DNA from: the human T2T-CHM13v2.0 reference genome, Homo sapiens
Assembly (NCBI RefSeq): GCF_009914755.1
Contig: NC_060932.1
DNA length: 64,000 nucleotides
Reading direction: 5' to 3' (one strand)
Under the pieces are notes generated by a model. That model had not been told where the DNA came from and did no database searches. It saw only the letters and a list, made by a program, of their open reading frames with translations. Position 1 is the first letter of the stretch. Each line of letters starts with the position of its first letter. Of this stretch, positions 1 through 20,520 are shown one piece after another. The translations under genes and the position numbers were made by a program.

Positions 1-161
1 GCTCTTTGGGGTTTCTTTTATAACAGCAATAATTCCATTCATGAAGGCCCCACCCTCACGACCTGACCACCTCCCAAAGGCCCCACCTGCTAGGCCATCA
101 CATTAGGGGGTAGGTTTTGATCTATGAATTTTAGGAGGAAACAAACATTCAGCTCATAGCA
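1..161 (-). mobile_element. MaLR LTR fragment (MLT1A/MST-like)
   Basis: cacctcccaaaggccccacc...acattcagctcatagca is the reverse complement of a MaLR LTR start (tgctatg...). Confidence 0.7.
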
Positions 162-1285
162 AGCAAGAAACAGAAGACCCAGTCCTTAGTGACAGAGAAG
201 GCCCTTAGGGAGAAGGTGGAAGAGAAGAGGGGTTGCTCCTGAAAAATGCAGCAAGAATGGGGAGGGCAGGCACTGGATCCAGACATGAGGAAGACACTGG
301 TAACCTCAAAAAGTGAGATTTCCCTAACATGGCCACAGAGTCGCACAAGGTGGCTGAGATCAAGGCAGGGATATTCAGAAAGCAGGCACCCTCATCAGGC
401 CTGGGGAAGGTTTGCTCTAATAAAAGGAAGCATCCTTTGGCCGGCTGGGTGACAATGGCCACCGCCAAGCACTGGCTACACTGGACAAATGACTTTTACC
501 AGCTTTCCAAGACTTTCAAGCCTTTGAGTAAAAGGCCAGCATCTATATTAAAATTACAAAATAATAAGAGGTCTGGTCAGCAGGGAGGCAAGCGTACAGA
601 AAGACTGTGCAGACAGCATGTAAAAAGGCCAGAGGGGAGGCAGCCCAGTGTGTCCTGAGCCTCCACATCTCTCTAGCCTGCAAGGCAGCCTCTTCTGGGT
701 CATCCGCCCACAGAGGACGGCTCAGAGGTTTCCAGGGAGTCTGGTTTTCGGGACCAGCCCTATGCCCAAGACCACTTCTCCCTACAAAGTTGCTCTGCAG
801 CGCAGACATGCACGCACAGACACGCACAAGGGTGGTGGAGTCTGCTGCTCTCATGAACAAATACTGCCATGGCAAAGGGGCCAAGAGCGCCAAAGACACT
901 CGCTCATAACTTCTGACCAGTGGTTTTCCTCCTTGAGATCCTGCCTTCGTGATCGTCCAAAACTAGAACTGGGATTGTGCACTAAGATATTCAACACACA
1001 AGCAAGTTCCCAGAAGCAACCGAAGTGCTCAGCAGTGGACAAATCCTGACACTTACAAAACAAATTATGATACAGCCACTGAAAATCATATTTCAAAGAA
1101 CACTGAATGGCACAGGGAAACGCTCCTAATGAACACTAAGTTTTAAAGAATGGAATACTCAGCTATTTGGTATGAATACAATTTTGTTATTAATGGATAG
1201 ATATTATTTATGAATAGATGGAAGGAAGGAGAGCTGGCCAGGATTAAAGAAAATATACCAAAATTTTCACTGTGAAACTTTTTTA

Positions 1286-1615
<330 letters not shown>

Positions 1616-3799
1616 TTAAAAATCGGAAACACTGCTAGGCACGGTAAAGGATAACACAGCAGACCCAACATGGTTCAGCAGGATCCACTCTAAGCTGCTC
1701 AGGCAAGAATGGTGTCTTATTCAAGTCCATGTCCCCAGCCTGGCACATGATAGGTGTTCAACTAATGAGGAAGCTGAGTCGCACGCTGCAAATCATGAAG
1801 ACCGTGAGCAGAGGAAAGGGGAAAGCCTTGGCTGAAGTGCCTGGGAAGTTACGGGAGGAGGCACTTGAAAGGATCTTGAAAGGCAGCCAGACCTGCACAG
1901 GAGGTCACGGAAGGGGCTCCCAGACTCCAGAATGCATCAGGCATGGGCTCTACCCCCCACTCCACCCCTATGAACACTCCCTCATTCAATCCCCCACCTC
2001 TCTGCTGGCCGGCCCATGATCCCCACTCTACAGTACAGGACGGAGGGTCAGAGAGGCTGACCTCCCCTCAGCCAGGGAAGTGCAGGGGCAAGCAGAACCC
2101 GGATCTCCCTGACCCAGGCCCAGGGCTCCACAGTGCCACATGGCCTGTCCAGGGTCAGCGCCAGTAAAGAACATACAGCCACACAGAGCCCACGAGACCA
2201 CAAAACTCCCCAAGGGAGCAGGGGTCTTGGACACAGGGCTGGCCCTGACAGTCAGACTCCCCAGGGGCGCTCTATGCTGCTCCTACCATTGCAATCTCAT
2301 ATTTAAAAGCAGCCTGTTCCAAAAGCCCAGAGCAGAGAGCATGGTGCTCCCTTTTCAACAGAACCTATGAGTGCCTCCCAGGCCTCCCACGGGGAGGGCA
2401 GCTGCAATCACTGGGTATGTTCATAAAGCAGCGTATAAACGGCAAAATGCCAAAGCACACAGAGAGGGCACCGGGTCAGGCTGCATCCCCCAAATATTAA
2501 GAATTGTTAATCCGCCAAAATAACAACAAAGGAGCCACTTTTGTTTTCTATAGTGGACTAATATGAAAAAAATATATCTTGCACCCTGAAATATTCTCAT
2601 AATTATGTTGTCAGCTAATCCTGATGAAGATGCTATAATTTGGATGCATTTTTAGGTCCAATTACTGTGCACTCATCCTTATCAAAAGAATTCAAAGGGA
2701 AAATGACATATTCAGCACAAAGAAAATCACGAAAGTTTGGGGTTTGAGCATTCAATTCCTAGTAACTGTTTGCCAGGCTTTAGCCAGCTACTCTGTAGTA
2801 TTAAAATGGAAAATCCTAAAATAACTGTACTAATAAGTCCTCATTTCTGATCTCTGATTTGTAAACATTCCCAGCCAAGAACAGCCAGGTCCTGTCTGCA
2901 ACCTCTGACCTCCCTGCCTGCTCTGGGACCTTGGGACAAGCAAGGTGTTTTGACCCAACTCCTTCCAGAAGGCAGCTATGAACTGGAATATGAATTCATA
3001 GGCCCCGAGGGGGAGACTGAGTCCCTTGCACTTAGGGAGGGTTCCAGGATGCAGCAGAAGGTGGCCACTTCTCTGGCCATGGGCTGCAGACATGATCAGA
3101 TGGAGTTGGCCTACTCTGAGGGACCCCTCCCCAACTTTCAGGCCCTCAAGGGAAGGGGTGATGAGGGTCAGTTGGGCCTTGAGCTGGAGTCACGGATGCT
3201 CACAGCCAGCTCACATCCAGCCAGCTCACAGAATGCTCTGTTACCCCGCACATGAGGCAGAGTGTCCTCCTCCTGCTGCTGCTGTCCTCTGTACGCCCAC
3301 CTGGTGGGAGTCTCAAGGGCAGGATGAGTGGAACAAGACAGGGTTCAGGCTTTATGGGGTCCCCCAGCCCTTACACTGGCTTTTAATATTTCCATTATTG
3401 TTTATTACAAAACGTACATAGAAGTACATGCTCATGGTAACAGTAAACAAAACAGCAGTCTATAGAATACAGACAGCCCCCAAGCATTCCCTCTGAGAGT
3501 CAGCATCACTGAGCACAGTGTGGTGTCTGTATCCTTCCAGACCTTTTGCTGTGCATCACAGAGAGAGAGAGATGGACAGGAGAAGGGGGATGAATATCAC
3601 CTTCACAGCAGCAAAACCTTGTAAAAACCCTTCCCCACTGGGGTCTCCAGAGCCCTGTGCCCCTCCATACCCCTCTGCCTCCCCTGAGGTCCTGCAGGCT
3701 GGGCTTGACACAGAAGGACGGCAGAGGAGGGAGCTGGTATTGTTGACATGGAGGGTCTCAGAGGCCTCAAGTAAAAACTCAAAATAAACTACCTAACAG

Positions 3800-4770
3800 G
3801 TGACAGAGCACCCCTTCCCATTCCCAGCTGGGCTAGTGTCAGAGAAGGCCTAGTACAGAGCCAAGACTTTCACCAGCATCCAGCAGTAATGAAGCTATCA
3901 CTGTCCACTGAAGTGTCACTGGAGGCCCCATGGAGGGTAGTACTAAGGCACCCTTGCCCCTCCTAGCTAGGACTGGTATCAGCAGCAGAGGCCCAGTTGG
4001 GAGCCTGAACTCCCACCCCCATCCACCAGTAATGAGGTGCACTTTTCTCCAGGCATCAAAGAGACTGAGTGGGGAACCTAAACTTCTACCCCCCATTGGC
4101 AGTAACAAGGCAGTACCCCCTTGTCCACACCACAACAGTGTCATATGGAGCCTGCTAAAACCGAAGATTTAAATGAGATCCAGACTCTCATAACATAATA
4201 CTGAAAATGCCCAAGATTCAATTAAAAATCATTCCTCGTGATTTTCCAAGAACCAGGAAAATATCAACTGTAATGAGAAAAGACAATTAACAGACACCAA
4301 TACTAGGTGGCACAGATGTCAGAATTAGATGGCAAGGGCTTAAAGTAACCATCACAAAAATGACTTCATGATTAAGGATAAGTCTGTCTACAACAAGCGA
4401 AAAAACATTGTGTCTCAGCAAAGAAATCAGAGATATAAGAGAAAACCCAAATAAAAATTTTACAACAGAAAAATACAGCAAGAACAAAACCTTCAAAGGA
4501 TGGGCTCAAAGCAGAATGAAAAGGAGAGAAAAATAACATGAAAAAGAGATTGAAAAAGAAAAGAACAGTGCCCCCAAGGACCTGTGGGACTGTAACAAAA
4601 GATTAACATTTGTGATATGAGTCCCAAAAAAAGAAAAAGAGAGTAGAAGTGGGAAAGTATTCAAAGAAATTATAGCTGAAAACTTTCAAAATTTGACAAA
4701 AGATATAAATCCACTAATTCAAGAAGCTGAGCAAACCCGACAGGATAAACCCAAAGAAATCCACGCCAAG
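3800..4770 (+). mobile_element. Ancient L1 (L1M/L1MD-like) 5'/ORF1 remnant, segment 1
   Basis: A-rich degenerate ORF1-like sequence (gacctgtgggac..., caaagaaattatagctgaaaactttc, caggataaacccaaagaaatcc). It resumes at 10394 after a TSD. Confidence 0.7.
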
Positions 4771-5450
<680 letters not shown>

Positions 5451-6473
5451 GGGGGGCAGCTCCAAGATGGCTGAATAGGAACAGCTCCAGTCTACAGCTC
5501 CCAGCATGAGCGACACAGAAGACGACTGATTTATGGATTTCCAACTGAGGTACCGGGTTCATATCACTGGGGCTCGTCGGATAGTGGAGACAGGACAGTA
5601 GGTGCAGCCCACTGAGTGTGAGCCGAAGCAGGGCGAGGCATCACCTCACCCGGGAAGTAAGGGGTCAGGGAATTCACTTTCCTAGCCAAGGGAAGGGGTG
5701 ACAGACAGCACCTGGAAAATCGGGTCACTCCCACCCTAATACTGCACTTTTCCAACAGTCTTAGCAAACAGCACACCAGGAGATTATATCCCGCGCATGG
5801 CTCCGTGGGTCCCATGCCCACAGAGCCTCACTCATTGCTAGCACGGCAGTCTGAGATCGAACTGCAAGGCGGCACCGAGGCTGGGGAAGGGGTGCCCGCC
5901 ATTGCTGAGGCTTGAGTAGGTAAACATAGCAGCCAGGAAACTCGAACTGGGTGGAGCCCACCACAGCTCAAGGAGGCCTGCCTGCCTCTGCAGACTCCAC
6001 CTCTGGGGGCAGGACATAGCCGAACAAAAGCAGCAGAAACCTCTGCAGACTTAAAAATGTCCCTGTCTGACAGCTTTGAAGACAGTAGTGGTTCTCTCAG
6101 CATGGAGTTTGAGATCTGAGAACGGACAGACCCTCAAGTGGGTCCCTGACCCCTGAGTAGCCTAACTGGGAGGCACCCCCAAGTAGGGGCAGACTGACAC
6201 CTCACACGGCTGGGTACTCCTCTGAGACAAAACTTCCAGAGGAATGATCAGGCAGCAACATTTGCCATTCACCAATATCCGCTGTTCTGCAGCTTCCGCT
6301 GCTAATACCCAGGCAAACAGGGTCTGGAGTGGACCTCCAGCAAACTCCAACAGACCTGCAGCTGAGGGTCCTGACTGCTAGAAGGAAAACTAACAAACAG
6401 AAAGGACATCGACACCAAAACCCCATCTGTACGTCACCATCATCAAAGACCAAAGGTAGATAAAACCACAAAG

Positions 6474-7489
6474 ATGGGGAAAAAACAGAGCAGAAAAGCT
6501 GAAAATTCTAAAAATCAGAGCACTTCTCCCCCTTCAAAGGAACACAGCTCCTCACTAGCAAGGGAACAAAGCTGGACGGAGAATGACTTTGACGAGTTGA
6601 GAGAAGGAGGCTTCAGACGATTGAACTTCTCCAAGCTAAAGGAGGAAGTTCAAACCCATCACAAAGAAGCTAAAAACCTTGAAAAAAGATTAGACGAATG
6701 CCTAACTAGAATAATGAGTGTAGAGAAGTCCTTAAATACCTGATGGAGGTGAAAACCATGGCAGGAGAACTACATGACAAATGCACAAGTTTCAGTAGCC
6801 GATTCGATCAACTGGAAGAAAGAGTATCAGTGATTGAAGATCAAATGAATGAAATGAAGTGAGAAGAGAAATTTAGAGAAAAAAGAGGAAAAAGAAATGA
6901 ACAAAGCCTCCAAGAAATATGGGACTATGTGAAAAGACCAAATCTACGTCTGATCGCTGTACCTGAAAGTGATGGGGAGAATGGAACCAAGGTGGAAAAC
7001 ACTCTGCAGGATATTATCCAGGAGAACTTCCCCAGCCTAACAAGGTAGGCCAACATTCAAATTCAGGAAATACAGAGAATGCCACAAAGATACTCCTCAA
7101 GAAGAGCAGCTCCAAGACAAACAATTGTCAGATTCACCAAAGTTGAAATGAAGGAAAAAATGTTAAGGGCACCCAGACAGAAAAGTCGGGTTACCCACAA
7201 AGGGAAGCCCATCTGACTAACAACGGATCTCTCAGCGGAAACTCCACAAGCCAGAAGAGAGTGGAAGCCAATATTCAACATTCTTGAAGAAAAGAAATTT
7301 CAACCCAGAATTTCAAATCCTGCCAAACTAAGCTTCATAAGTGAAGGAGAAATAAAATCCTTTACAGACAAGCAAATGCTGAGAGATTTTGTCACCACTA
7401 GGCCTGCCCTACAAGACCTCCTGAAGGAAGCACTAAACATAGAAAGGAACAACTGGTACCAGCCACTGCAAAAACATGACAAATTGTAA
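6474..7489 (+). pseudogene. L1 ORF1p (disrupted)
   Basis: MGKKQSRKAENSKNQ... Frameshift/stop near 6740; the native stop is TAA at 7487-7489. Confidence 0.9.
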
Positions 7490-7552
7490 AGACCATCGCT
7501 GCTAGGAAGAAACTGCATCAACTAACGAGCAAAATAACCAGCTAACATCATT

Positions 7553-10335
<2,783 letters not shown>

Positions 10336-10393
10336 TAACAAACCTGCACGTTGTGCACATGTACCCTAGAACTTAAAGTATAATAATAAAAAA

Positions 10394-10928
10394 AAAGAAA
10401 TCCATGCCAAGACACATCATAATCAAATCTCTGAAAACTAAAGACAAAGAAAAAATGTAAAAGTAATGAAAAAAAGTCTGTAGAGGAAAATTATGTGAAT
10501 GACAGCAGATTTATCATCATATACAATGGAACTCAGACGGAAATGGCACAACATTTTTCAAATGTTGAAAGAAAAGAACTGTCCACCTAAAATTCCATGT
10601 CCAGTGAAAATATCCTTCAGGAATGGAGGGGAAATCAAGATATTTTCAAAGGAAGAAAAACTGGCATAATTTGTCACCAGTAGATATAACCTAATAGAAT
10701 GGATAAAGGAAGTTCCCTAAACAGGAAGAAAATATAAAAACAATAAATCTTAGAACATCAAAAAGAAAGAAGAAGGGAAAGTATAAAAATATGGGTAAAT
10801 ACACCAGATTTTCCTCTTAAGTCTTCTAAATTACGTTTGACGGTTGAAACAAAAAGTCTATCTCTGTGGGAAGTGGTTCTCAATGTATGTAGAAGAAATA
10901 CAACAATTATACCATGAATGAGGGAGGG
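10394..10928 (+). mobile_element. Ancient L1 remnant, segment 2 (continues at ~18322-18375)
   Basis: Continues the ORF1-like sequence from 4770 (gacacatcataatcaaa..., aaaatatccttcaggaatg...) and resumes after the retrocopy as ...aaggatgtaaatggtgggaagctttctacacttcactc. Confidence 0.7.
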
Positions 10929-10930
10929 AG

Positions 10931-11658
10931 TCCTCTCAAACTTCTGCTCTGAGATGTTGATAACCTTCATAACTTGACTCTCAACCCTTGTACTGAATTC
11001 CCTTCCCTTCTACCACAGGTTCACCCCAACAATAGTCACTCCAACAATAGCATACAAGAGCAATGATCCTCAAGTAAATCAGAGATGACTTGCTTTACAA
11101 GAGTAGAGGAGTAAAAACACTGCTATCTGTGCAGAAAGAAAGAATGGCAAAATTGAGATACCCATTACTCAGCACAGTTCCTAGGCTTGAAAGAGAACTA
11201 ACAAACACTCAACTTAAAGGACTTCAGAATGAATGAAGAAGTAAACCATTCCAATGTTGCTGCAGTTTCTGCATATTTAACAGATAGGATCCTTCTGAGA
11301 ATGCTAGAATTGGGGATTATGACACCAAGTCACTTCAGCCAGAAACCTTATTCTTGTACTTTTCTTTCTTGCTGGTAATTTTACATAGCAGGATATATAG
11401 CTAGAATAAACTATATACGAATAATTTTGATAATGAATTCTATGATGTGTTCTGTCTGCTTGTATCTTTTCCTTCCTACCATGATACCAGTTATTTATAA
11501 GTGATCTGTGTAGTTTGAATGTATTTGAATAACCTCAGTATATTTTAGCTCTACTTACTGATTTGACCTAAAAAAGCACCAAAAGGACATAAGTATTCCC
11601 ATGTATTTTAGAAGCCTAAAGTCAGTGACAGGAAACCCAACATCAAGAATTTGAAGCA
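10931..11658 (+). pseudogene. DPPA3: DPPA3 (STELLA/PGC7) processed pseudogene, 5'-truncated; CDS remnant and first part of 3'UTR
   Basis: Manual translation from 11063: MILK*IRDDLLYKSRGVKTLLSVQKERMAKLRYPLLSTVPRLERELTNTQLKGLQNE*RSKPFQCCCSFCIFNR*DPSENARIGDYDTKSLQP. This aligns with human DPPA3 as I recall it (LYSRRGVRTLLSVQREKMARLRY...RPFKCPCSFC...WDPSENARIGNQDTKPLQP). Intronless; stops at 11075, 11234, 11285. The symbol denotes the parent gene. Confidence 0.9.
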
Positions 11659-11793
11659 GGCCAGGCACAGTGGCTCACGCCTATAATCCCAGCACTTTGA
11701 GAGGCCGAGGTGGGCAGATCACCTGAGGTCAAGAGTTCGAGACCAGCCTGGCCTAATGGTGAAATCCCGTCTCTACTAAAAATAGAAAAAACT
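11659..11793 (+). mobile_element. Alu left arm (AluS-type), split from its right arm by an L1
   Basis: ggccaggcacagtggctcac...ctctactaaaaatagaaaaa. Alu TSD aagaatttgaagca at 11645-11658 and 18109-18122. Confidence 0.93.
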
Positions 11794-12819
11794 GAGGTAG
11801 CTGGCAAGATGGCCGAATAGGAACAGCTTTGGTCTGCAGCTCCCAGTGAGAGCGAAGCAGAAGGTGGGTAATTCCTGCATTTCCAGCTGAGGTAGCCAGT
11901 TCATCATATTCAGTCTGGTTGGACAGTGGGTGTACCCCAGAGGGCAAGCCAAAGCAAGGTGGGGCATTGCCTCACCTGGGAAGCACAAGGGGTCGGGAGA
12001 TTTTCCCTTTCCTAGCCAAGGGAAGCCGTGAGAGGCTGTACCGGGAGGAATGGTGCATTCCAGCCCAGGTACTGCGCTTTTCCTGTGGTCTTCACAATCG
12101 GTAGACCAGGAGATTTTCTCTGGTGCCTGGCTCGGCAGGTCCCACCCCTAGAGCCTAGCAAGCTAAGATCCACTGGCTCGAAATTCTCACTGCTAGCACA
12201 GCAGTCTGAGGCCAACCTGGGATGCTGGAGCTTGGTGGGGGAAGGGGCATCCATCATTGCTGAGGCCTGAGTAGGCGGTTTTACCCTCACAGTGTAACAA
12301 AAGCTGCCAGGAAGTTCGAACTGCATGGAGCCCACCACAGCTCCCTGGGACGGAGCACCTGTGGGAAGGGGCAGCTGTGGGTGGAGCCTCAGCAGTCTTA
12401 AACATTCCTGCCTGACAGCTCTGAAGAGAGCAGCGGTTCTCCCAGAATGGCGTTTGAACTCTGATAAGGGACAGACTGCCTCCTCAAATGGGTCCCTGAC
12501 CTCCCCACCCCGTGTATCCAGACTGGGAGACACCTCCCAGTAGGGGCCAACAGACACCTCATACAGGAGAGCTCTGGCTGGCATCTGGCAGGTGCCCCTC
12601 TGGGACGAAGCTTCCAGAGGCAGGAACAGGCAGCAATCTTTGTTGTTCTGCAGCCTCCACTGGTGATACCCAGGCAAACAGGGTATGGAGCGGACCTCCA
12701 GCAAACTCCAGCAGACCTGCAGCAGAGGGGCCTGACTGTTAGAAGGAAAACTGACAAACAGAATGGAATAGTATCAGCATCACCAACATCAAAGACCAAA
12801 GGTAGGTAAATCAACGAAG

Positions 12820-13831
12820 ATGTGGAGAAACCAGCGCAAAAAGGCTGAAAATTCCAAAAACCAGAAAGCCTCTTCTCCTCCAAAGGATCACAACTCCTCG
12901 CCAGCGAGGGGACAAAGCTGGACGGAGAATGAGTTTGACAAATTGACAGAAGTAGGCTTCAGAAGGTGGGTAATAAATTCCTCCAAGCTAAAGGAGCATG
13001 TTCTAACCCAATGCAAGGAAGCTAAAAACCTGGAAAAAAGGTTAGACACATTCCTAACTAGAACAACCAGCTTAGAGAAGAAAATAAATGACCTGATGGA
13101 GCTGAAAAACACAGCACGGAAATTTCATGAAGCATATACAAGTATCAATAGCCAAATCGATCAAGTAGAAGAAAGGATATCAGAAATTGAAGATCAACTC
13201 AATGAAATAAAGTGAGAAGACAAGATTAGAGAAAAAAGGGTGAAAAGAAGCAAACAAAGCCTCCAAGAAATATGGGACTACGTGAAAAGATCAAATCTAC
13301 GTTTGATTGGTATACCTGAAAGTGATAGAGAGAATGGAACCAAGTTGGAAAACACTCTGCAGGATATTATCCAGGAGAACTTCCCCAACCTAGCAAGGCC
13401 GGCCAACATTCAAATTCAAGAAATACAGAGAACACCCTAAGAATATTCCTCGAGAAGAGCAACCCCAAGACACATAATCATCAAATTCACCAAGGTTGAA
13501 ATGAAGGCAACAGCCAGAGAGAAAGGTCGGGTTAGCCACAAAGGGAAGCCTATCTGACTAACAGCGGATCTCTCGGCAGAAACCCTACAAGCCAGAAGAG
13601 AGTAGGAGCCAATATTCAACATTCTTGAAGAAAAGAAATTTCAACCCAGAATTTCATATCCGGCCAAACTAAGCTTCATAAGTGAAGGAGAAATAAAATC
13701 CTTTACAGACAAGCAAACACTGAGAGATTTTTGTCACCACCAGGCCTGCCCTACAAGACCTCCTGAAGGAAGCACTAAACATAGAAAGGAACAACCAGCA
13801 CCAGCCACTGCAAAAACATACCAAGTTGTAA
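12820..13831 (+). pseudogene. L1 ORF1p (disrupted)
   Basis: MWRNQRKKAENSKNQK... with premature stops at ~13213 and ~13438. Confidence 0.9.
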
Positions 13832-13894
13832 AGACCATCAATGCTATGAAGAAACTGCATCAACTAATGGGCAAAATAACCAGCCAGCATCATA

Positions 13895-18323
<4,429 letters not shown>

Positions 18324-18459
18324 TGAGGGATGGTAAAAGGATGTAAATGGTGGGAAGCTTTCTACACTTCACTCACACAGATCAAATGGCAACAAACAGT
18401 GCTGCATCTTGACTGCAGGAGTAATGACACAAACGTACACCAATAAAAATGGATTCAAA

Positions 18460-18800
18460 CTATACACAACACACTGCACCGGCACCAATTTCTTGGTTTA
18501 ATATTGTATGATAGTTAGTTACATAAGATGTAACTATTAGGTTGGGATAATAAAAAAAAAGTTCTAGAGATCAAGGATGGTGATGGTTACATAATACTAA
18601 CGTACCTGATGCCACTAAACTATCTACCGAAAAATGATTAAAATGGTAAATTTTGTGTTGTGTTGTGTATATTTTATATTTATTTTAAAAATGTAAACCA
18701 CTTTTGGGTAAACTGGGTAAAAGGTATGTGAGACTTCTGTATTATCTTTACAACTTCCTGTGAATCTATAATTATTTCAAAATACACATTTAAAAAAATA
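18460..18800 (+). mobile_element. Old L1 3'-end fragments (L1MD/L1MB-like)
   Basis: aagttctagagat...gatggtgatggtt...ttaaaatggtaaatttt and acaacttcctgtgaatctataattatttcaaaata. Confidence 0.6.
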
Positions 18801-18997
18801 ACTGTGGCAAACAAAAAGACTCTGGATCTTCTGGAACAAACAATAATTTTGAGAAGATCATGTACACTGCTAGGTGGCTTATCCATGAGCCCAGTCAGTC
18901 CCAACTACCCTGGAAGATATGTAAGGCTCAGAAAGGTAGAAGGAGGCAGCTCCCAGAGGCACACCCAGAATGCAGCCCAGTGAATGTGCCCATCTCT

Positions 18998-19210
18998 GCT
19001 GGGAGGGAAGTTTGGGATCTGAAAGGCTGGCTATGGACCCCACACCTTTGCCCAGTACCTTCTATACCAGCTGGTGGGGAGGTTTGGGGTCTGAAGGGCT
19101 GGCTGTGGACCCCACACCTCTGCCCAGTACCCTCTACACCAGCTGGTGGGGAGAGGCAGGGTCTGAAGGGCTGGCTTCTGCCACACCTTTGCCCACTGCC
19201 TTTCATACCA
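18998..19210. repeat. Tandem repeat, 3 x 72 bp
   Basis: Units start at 18998, 19070 and 19142 (gctggtggggagg...tctgaagggctggct...ccacacct..gcccagtacc..cta.acca). Confidence 0.9.
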
Positions 19211-20202
19211 CCTGTACTCATTACCTGCAGTGACAGCCTCACCAGCCCAATGCCAGCTTCCCCTTAGCGATGATGCTGCTGACACAGTAGGCACTCCATA
19301 AGTGCTAGGTGATCTGATTATTACAAAATGATTAACCATTTATCAATGCCCTCAAGAAGACAAAATGCTACATTATGAGACTAGTACATTACTCTGTTTA
19401 AAAGCTCTAGATTAAACATCTCTTACTTCTTCTCCTTGATTAGTATAAATCATCCTCCCTGCTTTGTAACTATCTTTTACTTGTATTTATTAACTTTAGA
19501 GAGAGTACAACCACCAAAACTAAGATCCTATTAAATTATCTATCTTATGAGGAGAGGAGTAGGGTGGCAAATTCTTTCTGAGTTATACTTTTGTTTTCTT
19601 GTTTTTCATTTGCCCTTAAGTTATTAATTTAATAAGGGCCAGTAGCTTCCCAATAGGAATGGAAATATTTTAACAACATAAAGCCAGATTGCTGTCACAT
19701 CCAGCGGAATCAATAAAGTCTCATATGTGCAGCTGAGTACAGTTTAAAATATCTTTTTTATATATTCAGGAAGAGACTCAGGTTAGAACAAACATTTTCC
19801 TTCCATTTAGCTCATCTTGCAGAACTTTTAATCAGCTGTGAATAAACTATGTCATCAACTTCATTACCGTCATTATACTTAGGGAAAACTTGCTGTAACC
19901 AAAACAATGGCATTGAAAGAGGAAGAAGCCGATGAGAAGGGAGGTTAAATTAAACCCTCACCATGAGCTGGCACCAGCAGAGGCTCAGACGAGGCTTATT
20001 TAATTCTCACAACAATCCTGTGAAATAGGTTTTATTATTGTATTTCCTCAAATCTAAGACAGCATCTACTTTAGGGAGCACGGATATTTTACATACCACT
20101 AAAAAAGATAAAAACGCTGCCAAATAAACTCAGAGACACTAGCTTCTCACCACACCAACTGTAAGCTGCCTCCTGATCTTAGAGATGCTAAAATCTAAGT
20201 CT

Positions 20203-20520
<318 letters not shown>

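Noticed and set aside
12012-12704. 230-aa minus-strand ORF
   Set aside because: It lies wholly in the L1 5'UTR antisense strand (includes an ORF0-like stretch) with a non-ATG start; GC-rich L1 UTRs often give such frames.
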